Assembly (NCBI RefSeq): GCF_006345805.1
Contig: NC_043011.1
Location: forward strand, 57,424,464 to 57,488,463
DNA length: 64,000 nucleotides
Direction: 5' to 3'
Origin: Octopus sinensis
Lineage: Eukaryota
Shown here: positions 1 to 12,942 of the stretch, piece after piece
How positions within the stretch are numbered: position 1 is the first letter of the stretch
Layout: every line of letters starts with the position of its first letter
Notes under the pieces: model-generated
What the model saw: the letters and a program-made list of their open reading frames with translations, nothing else
The model's database searches: none
What the model was told of the DNA's origin: nothing
Translations under genes and position numbers: made by a program

Positions 1-49
<49 letters not shown>

Positions 50-58
50 GAGAGAGAG
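1..58. repeat. (ATAG)n/(AG)n microsatellite
   Basis: Read directly from the sequence. Confidence 0.95.
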
Positions 59-1276
59 CGAGTTTCTTCCTTTCTTGACCTAGTAGGTATACTCATGATT
101 AAAGAATGACTTCCTAGTGTTCTCAGGTACTCTAGTACCAAAGCCGCTAATTCCTTCGGGAAATTCAATTCAGATTTGTGGTCGTTAGGAGTGATGGATA
201 TGAAGGGGAAGTATGTGATAGCGATGACGTTTCAGGGGAGCCTTTTATGTGCAGCGGTGCTTAAATCACGTAGATTTTTCATTTTGTCAAGGAATTGTTT
301 GAAAGGTGTCGCGAAATTTCTGGAAAATTTTTGGAATGGTTTGGAACGGTACCAAAATCTTGTTTTAATCAGTTTCATAATTATGATAATCTAAATGGGA
401 TGCCTTCGGTGATTTGAAACTTAATTTACCTGGCGGCGTGCAAGTGGCTGCCATCTCAAAGAAGTAAGCCTTCAAGCTCAGCACTTCATTACGTTGTCCG
501 TCTTCTCATTAAAGTCTGTTACATAAAGTTTCGTTGGTAGGATAAGAATGTCGTTCATCGAATAAAGAAGCGGTTGCATCTCCATCAAACATTTGTTCTA
601 CGTCAATAGATATGGCTCGCAAGGTACGTCACTGAATGGCAACAGCTGTACAAAGAGGTTTGCGAAAAACAACCGATAGAACACGTAACACATGGCATGG
701 GGATTAAATATGTGATTAGATTAAATATAATTTGACTGACATGTGCATTATTAAAAGTTTCCCGGACGGAAAAATCATGCCCGATCGTTTGGTATCTATG
801 ATTTCTAAACAGGGCTGATATTCCATGAATGATGAATAAGAACCTAGGTTACTTTGCGTTAAAAGGGTGAAGAAGTCAGCCATTGTTTCATTTGAAACAC
901 CACTGTTATTCAAATTTTCTATATAGTTTATAGAATAGCATTAACCATTAATGGCATAAAATTCGTAACGAAACTCAGGGATACTGCTTCACGCTCTTTT
1001 TACCATTTTCGCTTTTTCTCAGTCTCTTTACTTTACTATCTGTCTGTCTGTCTGCCTATCTCTCCCCTTCTCTCTCTCTCTTTCTCTATGTATCTAAAAA
1101 TGTGTACGTATATATAATATACACTCACACACATACACACACGTTTGTGTCTATGTCAGTGTGTGTTTGTGCGTACGTTTCACACGCACATATTCAAATA
1201 TGTATTATAATATATGACATATTTGTGTGTGTATATATGTGCGTCTGTATATGCGAGCGCGAGCGCGTGTGTTTGC

Positions 1277-1278
<2 letters not shown>

Positions 1279-1311
<33 letters not shown>

Positions 1312-1943
1312 TATACACACATACGCACTTTGATATAAATATATCTACACATACGTATATATGTATGTAATTACAGATATGTGTGTGCGCGTGCGTATCC
1401 GTTCTTGTGTATATTTTGTATGTAGGCATACAAATTCACTACCAAAATCTCATTAAGTACCAGCTTAATGTCTTAGGTTCATAAAATGTCAAATATTAGA
1501 CAACATGTATTGAAACATTTTCACATAATACAACTGACAACTGAAATAGAATCTCCGCCTTGTAAATTCTATAGTGTTATCTCTGTTTCTCTGTTTGTCT
1601 TGTAAACAGTACCATTTATTTCAATAAGAATCGGTTAGAATGTCTTATTGCACCTTAAACAAGCCACATGAATCCCAATACTAATTTCTTTCCATAGATT
1701 CAACTTATAAACACTATAACATTGTAATGTATATATATGGTCGTTTCTGCGTTACAGGCGACAGCTGAACGGTGCAGACGACCTGGCTGATGTTGGTATC
1801 TTCTGTTATCTCACACAGAGATTATTTACATACATTTATACACATACGCACGCACTTACATACACACATGCACAATATACGCACTCTCACACTCCCACTC
1901 AAGCGCGTGCACATACACCCGCGTTTATATGCATAATTATATA

Positions 1944-1985
<42 letters not shown>

Positions 1986-2625
1986 TATATATACACACAT
2001 ATATATACACACATACGCACTTTGATATAAATATATCTACACATACGTATATATGTATGTAATTACAGATATGTGTGTGCGCGTGCGTATCCGTTCTTGT
2101 GTATATTTTGTATGTAGGCATACAAATTCACTACCAAAATCTCATTAAGTACCAGCTTAATGTCTTAGGTTCATAAAATGTCAAATATTAGACAACATGT
2201 ATTGAAACATTTTCACATAATACAACTGACAACTGAAATAGAATCTCCGCCTTGTAAATTCTATAGTGTTATCTCTGTTTCTCTGTTTGTCTTGTAAACA
2301 GTACCATTTATTTCAATAAGAATCGGTTAGAATGTCTTATTGCACCTTAAACAAGCCACATGAATCCCAATACTAATTTCTTTCCATAGATTCAACTTAT
2401 AAACACTATAACATTGTAATGTATATATATGGTCGTTTCTGCGTTACAGGCGACAGCTGAACGGTGCAGACGACCTGGCTGATGTTGGTATCTTCTGTTA
2501 TCTCACACAGAGATTATTTACATACATTTATACACATACGCACGCACTTACATACACACATGCACAATATACGCACTCTCACACTCCCACTCAAGCGCGT
2601 GCACATACACCCGCGTTTATATGCA

Positions 2626-2662
<37 letters not shown>
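1279..2662. repeat. Tandem duplication of a 692-bp unit bounded by (TA)n tracts
   Basis: ACGCACTTTGAT occurs at 1323 and 2015, and GCGTTTATATGC at 1921 and 2613, a constant offset of 692. The intervening text looks identical by eye. Confidence 0.92.
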
Positions 2663-2665
<3 letters not shown>

Positions 2666-2893
2666 CTAAACTTTAAACATACTTATACACAGACATGTTA
2701 TGTATGTCAATACAAATGTAAGAAGGTGTATACGCGATCGCGAGTAAGTATGTATGCATATATCTCTTTCTCTCTGTGTATATATATAAACTACATATAT
2801 CCGTGTGTTTATTCATTGTAAATCGAAAAGACACGTAGACACATGTATACAAACCCTTCCATATATATATATGTATATATATATATATAATAT

Positions 2894-2924
<31 letters not shown>

Positions 2925-4022
2925 GCACTTACATTTGTAAGATATATGTGTTTGATCTAATTCTATAAATGCTATTAAATTACTCTACGTTAGGAATGTT
3001 TGTAGATATACAACTCCTGGTGTCTAAAGTATACTTCAGTGTTACCCAAAACTTCACAAAGTGAAAGTTTATACGAATTATTTTGAAGTTGCTCTTGTAT
3101 GCCTGTACATAAACCCAAGAAATGAAATATAAAAACAATATTAATGTGAAACAACAGCATCACATTGTCGATTTCCAGTTAGAAATGCTGGTAATAAATA
3201 TAAAGTGTATCTCTAAAACCAAACGAACGGATCTTAAATAATTTTCAAACGCGAAATACGACATGAAGTAGACTCAAAGATAGAATATATATACATATAA
3301 AATATGCATTATATCTGCGTTACCTAAGTATTATCATTAACCATGGATGTTATATTTTTGTATTTTGCGTTGTGATGCTCGTAAAAAGACATAACGCTTT
3401 ATTGCCGAAATCATTCGACAGAGAAAAAAGGAGATAAAAATATCCGGTTGAATAGAGCTAAAACAAACTTGCGCAACACGAAACACATCATGCAGCATTG
3501 TCTTCGATGTAAAATATCCTTCATACATGATAATATCTGTCATGAAAGGACTGTCTTCAATGGTTTTCTTTACAAATAATGTGATGAATAAACCTTAAAT
3601 ACAAAAAAAAATAAATAAATAAAAATAAAAATAAAAAACAAACTATCATATACTGTTGTCAGTATAGAGAGAGATACCATATTTTCTAGCAGAACAAGCA
3701 TTTTATAATAAAGCACCGATATACAGCACAAACTACAATATACCTTGATAGGTGTAGGAAATAGAAAAATCTTTCGAAACTCATTTGTTCATTTTATTGA
3801 GAATGTTTCACGTAAAACATCGGTTTTACTAATTACTGTCCAAAAAACAACAACACAATAATAATAATCAACATATTGTAAAAGATACTGCAATGTTTCC
3901 CTGAGTACTGATACAATGATCAACATAATTCTTTTGTTACACAACTAATGAGTAAGACACGAAATACACGCTGTAGTTTGCATTAAACATGCCCGTGATG
4001 TAATAAAAAACAATGCTTTTAG

Positions 4023-4084
<62 letters not shown>

Positions 4085-4092
4085 CATTATTA
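4023..4092. repeat. (ATT)n microsatellite
   Basis: Read directly from the sequence. Confidence 0.95.
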
Positions 4093-4102
4093 CACAATTA
4101 AA

Positions 4103-4506
4103 GATGGCGGTAGATTGGCAGAATCTTTAGAACATCGTTCGAAAAAGGACTCGTTATATCTATTTACGGTTCCTTACTTTCTGATTTCAAATGACACCGT
4201 TTTTGAGCTATGCCTTTCATCCCTCCAGATCGATACCCATCCTCCGTAAATTAGTGCTTTTGTTCCTATACAAAGAATTTATGACGGGGTATTGGCGCAA
4301 TCGTTAGAGTGTCTGACAAAAGTCTGTAGTATATTTCACCCAGTTGTTTACGTTCTGAGTTCAAATTTCGCTGGGGCCAACTCTGTCTTTTATCCTTCCG
4401 TTATACACGGAATAAAATATCAGATAAAGTATGGGGAAGGGGGCAATTTAATCGTTTAACTCCTCCCATCAAATTTTCAACCTTGTGCCTCTGTCAGAAA
4501 TCATTA
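4103..4506 (+). mobile_element. Two degenerate head-to-tail tRNA-derived SINE family A copies
   Basis: Remnants of the head (GATGGCGGTAGATTGGCAGAATC; ACGTTCTGAGTTCAAATTTCGC), core (GCCTTTCATCC) and tail (CCTTGTGCC...ATTATTA). Confidence 0.6.
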
Positions 4507-5103
4507 TTACACAATTAACGACAATGATAATGAATTGCACATAAGCGACATCACACACAACGGAGCCGATTTCCAGTCGCCTGATCTGTTAGAAATAACA
4601 GTCAAATACTCTTCAAATCACACTCGACTACTTTAAAATGTATAACATATTGAAAAATATAGTCCGAGGTATAAAAGAAATCGTGATGGTCACGGCTAGG
4701 ACATATTTGATTTTAGATATGCCCGATGAAAGGTAATCTGGGGCTAAGTAACCCCAACAAAAGCTGTGGCTTCATCAACAGCGTCTATGGGGAAAATATG
4801 ACATTTGATACTCAACCAACCACAAAAGAACTTACAAAAATAAAATAATGTCGCATATAAAATATATTTGTTTCTCTAATCGTGTTCAGTTGTCCGGGTA
4901 TACCTAGTTTAGCTGTTTAGAGGTGTCTAGGTGGCTGGTGGTTGGAGTACACTATCTATCCTGAAACTTCTGATTCGTGGCAGACAAAGGGGGAACTGAG
5001 GGTCAGTTAGAGAGTCTAATGACGACAACGGGGAGGTGGGTGAAAGCTGTGGGGAGGAGGCGGAAGTTGAGGAATGAATTGAGAGTGGAGGAAGAGATGA
5101 ATA

Positions 5104-5256
5104 TTCTTTTCTACTCGAGGCACAAGGCCCGAAATTTTTGGGGAGGGGGCCAGTCGATTAGATCGACTCCAGTACGCAACTGGTACCCCGAAAGAATCAA
5201 AGACAAAGTCGACCTCGGCGGAATTTGAACTCAGAATGTAAAGACAGACAAAATAC
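5104..5256 (-). mobile_element. SINE family A, tail type ii, 5'-truncated
   Basis: CTACTCGAGGCACAAGGCCCGAAATT...AAAGTCGACCTCGGCGGAATTTGAACTCAGAA matches other copies in the window. Confidence 0.85.
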
Positions 5257-5259
5257 ATA

Positions 5260-5484
5260 TTTCTTTACTACCCACAAATGGGGCTAAACAGAGAGGAGAC
5301 AGACAGAACAAACGGATTAAGTCGATTACATCGACCCCAGTGCGTAACTGGTACTTAATTTAACGACCCGAAAGGATGAAAGGTAAAGTCAACCTCGACG
5401 GAATTTGAACTCACAACGTAGCGGCAGACGAGATACCGCTAAGCATTTCGCCCGGCGTGCTAACGCTTCTGCTAGCTCGCCGCC
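5260..5484 (-). mobile_element. SINE family A, tail type i, full length
   Basis: Reverse complement starts GGCGGCGAGCTAGCAGAAGCG, carries a B-box-like GAGTTCAAATTCC and ends GTGGGTAGTAAAGAAA. Confidence 0.9.
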
Positions 5485-5525
5485 CCAGAGGAAGAGTTGA
5501 ATATTACAAAGATCAATGGACCTTG

Positions 5526-5529
5526 GTAG

Positions 5530-5564
<35 letters not shown>

Positions 5565-5649
5565 ACACACACACACACACACATAATATATATATGTGTG
5601 TGTATTATATATATATGTGTGTATATATATATATATATGTACACACACA

Positions 5650-5680
<31 letters not shown>
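5526..5680. repeat. Compound (CA)n/(TA)n microsatellite
   Basis: Read directly from the sequence. Confidence 0.9.
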
Positions 5681-6911
5681 CTTTCTGTTCGTTATTCTAC
5701 TCCGAGTATAGCGCTTCAGCAACTCCCCAACAAATCTAATGCTTTTACGTTTCGGATAGAGAAACAGATCGTCGAGCCAAATGAGGGAGCCTCAAATAGT
5801 CCCTTGAATTAGCTGCGTTGCAAGCATCCGGGCTAGGACTCCAGTTTGAAGATCAACTTATTTTCTCCAACTACATCCGGAAGCTGTGAAGGAGGTCAAG
5901 ACTTACTCCTTCCTCCTCTGACATAAAAAAACAAACAAAACAAAACAAGATAGAATGAACAGACAAACAAACATATAGTAATGAAGTCGAAATTGAATAA
6001 AACAACAATTTTGTTTGGCAAATGTTTACAAATCAACAAAAACAAATCTAATAAAATACGGAAGGAAAAAAAAAACAGAAAGCGAAGTCAAGATACCTAT
6101 CACTTCAGTTCACGGCTGATTACTTGGAAGAGTTTTAATATAAACTAATTCGCCCCCACCCATTCCCTTCGTAAAATTCTCAGATAATAGAAGCAAAGAT
6201 TTCTCTCATTAACGTTACGGAGTTTTGCATCTCCTTTGCATTTAGTTGACTTTTGTGAACTTTATTTTTATTTGATCGATTGTAAAAGCAATTTTAAAAG
6301 CAGCAATTAAAGAAAAAGAGTGTTTCTTCCGCACACTTACACACAAGTCGCTCAAGTCACCAACGAACAAGTAGTAGCTAGACTAGCGTTCAATTTAGTT
6401 TTTTGCTTGTCTTATAGTTGGCTTTTGTTTTACGTTTTGTATTTTTAAAAAGCCATTTGCTAGTTATCGCTAATTGAGAAGCAGAGACTAAATAAATCGA
6501 CTATTTTTCCATCAGAATCTTTTACGAAGAGAAACTCTGTTTCTGTCGTCGATATTAAAGACAAACTCATTTAGTAATTTATGGCCACCATCTTGTTTAA
6601 AACAACAACAGCAACAACAACAGAAGCAGCAACAAAAATAACAACATGAAAAACCGAGCAACTTATCTGTCGAAACATTTTAAAGTTTCTCGTTGAAATA
6701 GAAGTCGAATGGCGCGGCGAGCGCCGTATGGAAAGAAAAGAAGCTAGGAGGTCCAAACCACGGTTTCGATCTCCCATAGCAGTAATTTGAAGTGTTTTTT
6801 TGAAAATATATAATGAATGATAGAATATCTCATTTTCTTTTCCATTTGTTTCTGATTTAGACACAAAGCCAGCAATTTTCGGTGAGGAGATTATGTCTGT
6901 ATGTATGTATA

Positions 6912-7123
6912 CGAGGGGGTGCTGAAAAGTTTCTGGTTTTAAGGGTCTCACGAAAGGCCTGGCTGGAGGCCCAACCTTCCGAGTTCTCTTACAGGGCTTA
7001 GAAAAACCAAAGGACCACCGCAATAAGTGTGTCAATCTGAGAGAGGAATGTGTTGAATAAAATCACAACCCATCCTCCTGTATTTTATTATACCCAAACC
7101 CAGGGACATTCCTGCACACTCTC

Positions 7124-7124
<1 letters not shown>
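6912..7124 (+). mobile_element. Internally deleted mariner/Tc1 derivative (MITE-like)
   Basis: TA|CGAGGGGGTGCTGAAAAGTT at the left end and a degenerate inverted end ACATTCCTGCACACTCTCG|TA. The interior encodes GLEKPKDHRNKCVNLREECVE*, resembling a mariner transposase C-terminus. Confidence 0.75.
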
Positions 7125-7203
<79 letters not shown>

Positions 7204-7411
7204 GTGTGATTTGTGCGTTGAAATATGTTCCCGACCGACCACTACTGCTTTGTTTAGAGCTCCACGTAGATTATGATATTCTAGTCTGCTACTAGTATAG
7301 TGGTTAAGTAACAGCTATAGTTTGTAGTATTATTACTAGTTATAAAATACAGAGCGTATGTAGGGTAAATTAGAACAAACAAATTTCTTCTATTAGTTTC
7401 ACTATTATTAT

Positions 7412-7550
7412 ATTCTGCCGAGGTCGACTTTGTCGCTAACCCTTTCAGGGGCGATAAAATAAGTACCAATGGATTAGTGGGATCGATGTGATCGACTATC
7501 TCCCTCCTCCAGATATTTCAGGCATTGTGCCTACAATAGAAAGGATTATT
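7412..7550 (+). mobile_element. SINE family A, 3' half, degenerate
   Basis: GCCGAGGTCGACTTTG...GATAAAATAAGTACC...GCATTGTGCC...ATTATT. Confidence 0.65.
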
Positions 7551-8159
7551 AGATTCACCATTATGGTAGCCTGAGATACTGCAAAAAGTGTTCCAAGTAC
7601 ATAGGGACGCTTAACCAGAACGGATCATAAGGGAAAAGCTTATCGTATTAAGTTACAAGAAGAAAACAAACAAACAAACTGCTTTGAAGAGTGAAGAGAT
7701 AGCGAGGGATGAGATCCACTCATAATCCCTTAATTTTCTGCTCCATAACTTCTGATTATAATTTCTTTCTCCGTTAAATCCGAGGGAGACCGTACAACAA
7801 TCTAAACGGCATTTTCTCTCGGTAGTTGTTCGTCTCTTTAGCTAGTTTTAGCAAACACAGCCACGGCCATGATGAAGCACCGCATATATATATATCTTTT
7901 TACTTGTTTCGGTCATTGGGCTGCGGCCATGGTGGGGCACCACCTTGAACGGTTTAGTCGAACAGATCGACACAAGTATCTATTTTAAAAACTACCACTG
8001 CTCCTCTTTGCCCATTTTTTTAAATATGACTTTCCTGGATCAGGGCAGAGACAGAACTGAGGAAGAAGAAGAGGAAGAAGAAGAACAACAACAACAATAA
8101 TGACAAGAACAATCATCTCGGTGGCATTTGTTTACGATTCATCGATTCATTTATTTTAC

Positions 8160-8348
8160 ATTTTTGGTTTCAATCAATGCAATGCGACCATGCTGGAACA
8201 CTGCTTCAAATAGTTTTAGTTGAACAAATCAACTTCGGTATAAATTTATTTTTAAGCCTGATACATATTCTATGATTCTCTTTTTTTCGTTTTTTTTCAA
8301 ACAAACCAGTACCGGTTGTGAAGTTATATGAGGGAAAATACAGAGAGG

Positions 8349-8383
<35 letters not shown>

Positions 8384-8548
8384 ACACACACACACACACA
8401 TTCAGTACCCATCTACTGAATCCACCCACAAGTCATTGTGCCGGTCCAGTAAAAAAGAAAAACACTTGCCCAAGAAGTCGTGCAGTAGGGTTGAACCCAA
8501 ACCACGTAGTTGCAATGCTAGCCTCTTAACCACACAACCATGTCTGCG
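8160..8548 (-). mobile_element. SINE family B (CORE-like domain, internal microsatellite), degenerate
   Basis: GACCATGCTGGAACAC 3' part, an internal TA/CA tract, and an ACACTTGCCCAAG...AACCACACAACC head in reverse. Confidence 0.65.
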
Positions 8549-8574
8549 TTTGTAAAATGATTAGTGTGTGTGAG

Positions 8575-8606
<32 letters not shown>

Positions 8607-8788
8607 ATGGGTGGCTAATTTGCAATTTAATTTTAAAACCTAAAGGCAAAAAAAATGTCACTAAAGTGAACAAGGGCACTAATCATCACCAGTATTGCTA
8701 GAAATAAGAGTCAAAACAACTCAATAGCTAACAAATGCACTATCTTAATGAGCTGACAAAGGAGACAAACTCCCTATGGTCGCAGATA

Positions 8789-10073
8789 TCAGGTCATCCC
8801 ATAAGTTCTGTCCGAATTTTGAATAAAGAAAACAAGTGATCAGATGTTATATTTAATTGAAATTTAATCATCAATGTAGTTTCCCTGATTATCTATGGCT
8901 TCCTTCCATCTATTTACAAGCTTTTTAATCCCGTCAATGTAAAACTCCTTTGGTTTCAAAGCGAAGAACTCTGAAATGTCAGTTTCGACCACCTCCTGGC
9001 TTGCGAAAGTTGTGTCCCCTAAATGATTCTGTAAACTACGAAACAAATGGTTTGTCTGTTGGAGCAAGGTCAGGAGAATAAGGTAGATGAGGAATTTTTC
9101 CCCAACCAAGCTCTTCAATGTTCTGTGATGTGATCTTTGCAGTGTGGGGTCGCGCATTGTCCTGATGAAACATCACTCCTTTTCGATTCATTAAAGCGGG
9201 TCTTTTTTTCTTCAAAGCTTGGTTCAGACGCTCTAATTGCTGACAGTTGAGCATTGATTGTTGCATTAGGTGGTAACAATTCAAAGTGAATTACTCCTTT
9301 GCAATTCCACCAGATAGAGAGAAGAACCTTTTTTCCCATGAAGTTCCCTTCTCGGTTGTGGTTGAGCTTTTCCCTTTTACCAAGCTTCTGTTTACGATAT
9401 TTAACATTTCGATAGAAGATCCATTTTTCGTCACCAGTCACAAGTCTATCCAAAAAGGCTGAAATGATTTCGCGAGAATAGAGAGAAGAGCAGGTGTCAG
9501 CTCGGGATTTGCGGTTGCTTTCGGACAATTCATGAGGCACCCATTTTCCAAGTTTAGGAACCTTTCCAAGTTGTTGAAGATGACGATGAACAGTTGTATG
9601 GTTTGAACTAAGCTTTATTGTCAATTCTTCAACTGATAATGCAGGATTTTCTTCAAGTAATACCTCAAGGAGCTTCTCATCAAACTCAACTAGACGTCCT
9701 GTTCGATCTTCATCTTCAAGGCTGAAATCTCCACTTCTGAATTCTGCAAACCATCTTCTGCAAGTTCTTTCATTCAAGCATTCTTTCCCATAAACTGAGT
9801 ATATATTTCGAGTCGCTTCGGTTGCAGAGTTTCCTTTTTTGTACTCATAAAGCATTATGTGCCTCAAATGCTCTTTAGATACTTCCATGTTAGAAAGGGT
9901 TTTAATCAAAGAAATTTTAATTCTATTGTTCTGTAAAATAATATTTAATTAGTTTAAATGTTTACAAATGCATAAAAATAATTTTTTAATTCCATTAGAC
10001 ATTTTAAAATACTATTGAATTTCATTAAATTTTAAAAAAGGTAAAATCGGACAGAACTTATGGGATGACCTGA
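8789..10073 (-). mobile_element. Full-length mariner (DD34D-type) DNA transposon, 1285 bp
   Basis: Perfect 27-bp TIRs TCAGGTCATCCCATAAGTTCTGTCCGA (8789-8815 and 10047-10073), TA at 8787-8788 and 10074-10075, and a transposase remnant inside. Confidence 0.97.
8864..9909 (-). pseudogene. Mariner transposase, split over three frames
   Basis: ORFs 9115-9909, 9036-9284 and 8864-9157 carry WVPHEL, TGDEKW, HQDNARPH, YSPDLAPTD and GIKKLVNRW in order, implying two frameshifts. Confidence 0.95.
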
Positions 10074-10661
10074 TACAGCCATCGATGACTTTGCGTTCTG
10101 ATACTTAATGCATCTTAACGCTCATCAGTGGCTCTCACCACGCCTAGGGTTAAACTCATCCCGCCTTGTCAGCTTATAAGATTTCCGGTGAGATCTTACG
10201 CTGATTTCAAAAACAGTAAAAGTGAAAATTATAAATAATATGGGTGGCTAATTCGCAATTTTAAAACCTGTATATATTTGAGTTGCACCTCTGTGGCAAA
10301 TAATTGATGTAAGAGCGTGCATTGAAAATGAAATAATTTCGTCGTTGGTGATCTGCTTTGGCTATTTAAAAACTAAAAACAGATCGTTAAATTAGTTTCC
10401 ATTTCTTTCTTTCTTGATGTGCCATTGCACATTGCAGCCGCCTCACCGTTGTAGCGGGTTTGTATCAATGGATAGTCAAAACTTTTGTTCGTTCAAGCAA
10501 TAAATACAAAACGAATCCCATAATTTTCTTCTGCGTTTTCAGATGGTTAATATGGCGCTTCCACGATGTCAGTGTTAGGTTTCATTTTTTAGGTACGTTA
10601 GTGTTTAATAATGGTAGAAGTTAAAAGTATTGTACGGGCATCTGAGAAGAAAGATTATATT

Positions 10662-11082
10662 TGGCGTTGCTGCGTGGTTAAGAATCTCGCTGTGCAACCA
10701 TGTGGCTTTCAGGTTCCGTCCTACTGCGCAGCACTTTGGGCAAATGTCTTCTACTATAGCCACGGGCTGACCAATGCCTGGTAAGTGCGATTGGTAGGCA
10801 GAAAATGTATGGAAACCCGTAGCACATACACGCATATATATATATGTGTGTACATGTGTGTTTGTGTGCGTGTGTGTGTGTTCTCGACCAATGCTTGACA
10901 ACCGGCGTTGCTTTATTTACGTCTCTGTAGTATTACGGTTCGGTAAAAGAGCTCGAAAGAATAAAAACTAGACTTAAAAGAAAAATTAAATACTGGAGAT
11001 GATTTGTTCGACTAAAACCCTTCAAGGCGCTGCCCTAGTTTGGCCGCAGTCTAATGAATGAAACAAATCAAAGTCAAAAGAT
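10662..11082 (+). mobile_element. SINE family B, diverged full-length copy
   Basis: tRNA-like head, CTTTGGGCAAATGTCTT CORE-like motif, internal microsatellite, and a TGCTTGACAACCGG...GGCCGCAGTCTAATGAATGAAACAA 3' part. Confidence 0.8.
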
Positions 11083-12039
11083 ATGATGTAAAGAGATATA
11101 GAACAGATATAAGGAACCAAATTGAAGATACAATATAGCATGTATTTCGTTACGGTCTACTATTTATTACGATACAGCATACTGTATGTTACAATATATT
11201 CTACTACGTATATTAATTCATCGTGCACTTCACTATAACGACGGGTGATAAAACTATGGGAGCCAAAGTTTGTATGTTTATTAAGAAAGAAAAAAGAGGC
11301 GATGTAGATGAAGCGCTATGTGTCATTGATGAGATATTGTTTTCATTAAATAGAACGTATTTCGTTCTTTGAGTTGATTTATAGAAACACAAGTTTGTAA
11401 TTTTATGAAGGCAATTAATGCCAGTGATAAGATAATGGTCGAACAAATAATGGGGAAAACATATTAACAGTAATAACAAGAAAAACATTCAAAAACCCAT
11501 TCATACTCTGTGGAAAACGCCATCACATTTGATCCCACAACGATCGGAATATTAAATTTCAAACAATAGAAGAAAGAGAGGGAAAGGAAAAAAAAAATCA
11601 ATAACAAACACAAAACAATGAAAAATGAAAATAAAAACAACAAAAATAAAAGAAGAAAACTCACGACTTAATCAAGATCGATGTGGAAATAATAAGGCTC
11701 TTTGAAAAAAAAAAAAAAAGGAAAAAATAAGAAAAAAATCAAAAGATTGACGTCATGAAAGGCTTTCAATTAACGTTTGTTTATCACAGAAAGAATATTT
11801 CGCTTTGTTTATATTGATAATGCACCGGGAAGATTAAAGGGTTTTGTTTACTATTTTCCCCGCTAGGTAATAAAACATCGAAATGTGTCAAAGAAATATA
11901 TGTGATTATTTCGCCATTAGTATTTTCGTTCCTTTATGATTAATTCACTGTCTAGGGAAACTGGTTTTCGGACACCTTTAAGCCTGGGCGACAAGTAGGC
12001 TTGCACAACCTTAATACAACTATCAATATTAATTTCACA

Positions 12040-12087
12040 TTTTGGCACTAGGGGATAAATCGATTAAATCGACCCCAGAGTTCAGCT

Positions 12088-12130
<43 letters not shown>

Positions 12131-12180
12131 GACCCCGAAAATATTGAACTCAGAACGTAAAGACGGACAAAATGCCGGAG
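12040..12180 (-). mobile_element. SINE family A fragment interrupted by (TA)n
   Basis: GATTAAATCGACCCCAG...(TA)n...CGACCCCGAAA...TGAACTCAGAACGTAAAGACGG. Confidence 0.65.
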
Positions 12181-12942
12181 TTCGCCACCCTAATACAGCT
12201 ATTAATATTTATTTTGAACTTTGAAAAATGAATTGTCGAGCGTTAAATGTAGACGAAAATGAGTTATTTAAACACTTCATTCCCCGTTGGCTATTGATGT
12301 CTTTTTCCACAGTTCTCAGCACTTGGCTGTCGGGTCTTGTCAGTTTTGAATCGTCATCAATGCTTCGATAACTTCACTTTTTTCTAGGTAGAAGAGGTAG
12401 TCCATATTAGTCTGACCTCTATCATTTGATCTGTTCAGTATGAGAGACCCCCACCAGAAGCTTGCACTCTGCTGACATAACTCTCTAAAGCTCTTTGAAA
12501 CACACAAGCCGCCACACAACCACACGATTTTGTGGTGGCGAGACAGGATTTAGTTTAACTTTGAAGAAGACACATTTGTAACAAGACAAGAGTATTGTAG
12601 GAGTAGGAGCCATGGACTAAGAGAAGCGGATCGGTGGGGGAAACTGAAGATGTTGGGTGAAAATCTGGTCGTAAAAGAACCGAAGTTGCTTTAAGGACAA
12701 TAGAAACAGAGTTTTGCAGTTATTTTAGGGTAAGCATATATGTACTAGGGGTATTTCTGCACTTCGCCTCCAATTGCTGGAACTGATGTTTCTCCCTTCT
12801 GCGCAGCGCCATCAGAGCTACCAGGGTCCACCTACCGATGTAGCCGATAAAAATCCTGCGCAACAACACGAGCTTTGTGGACTCAGATGTTACGACCCTG
12901 GCCAGATGTTTTTACCATCTTCAATGCTCGTACTTGCCGCAT

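Noticed and set aside
716-913. ORF MNNSGVSNETMADFF..., resembling a glycosylated GPCR N-terminus, with a downstream AISID-like string
   Set aside because: It starts at TTG, stops after 65 codons, and needs several frameshifts with no convincing transmembrane pattern.
4560-4760. Old repeat family ending GGGCTAAACAACAAC-like (also about 29640, 35730, 38300, 39400, 63800)
   Set aside because: It is probably a real ancient repeat, but it is too diverged to define boundaries or class by eye.
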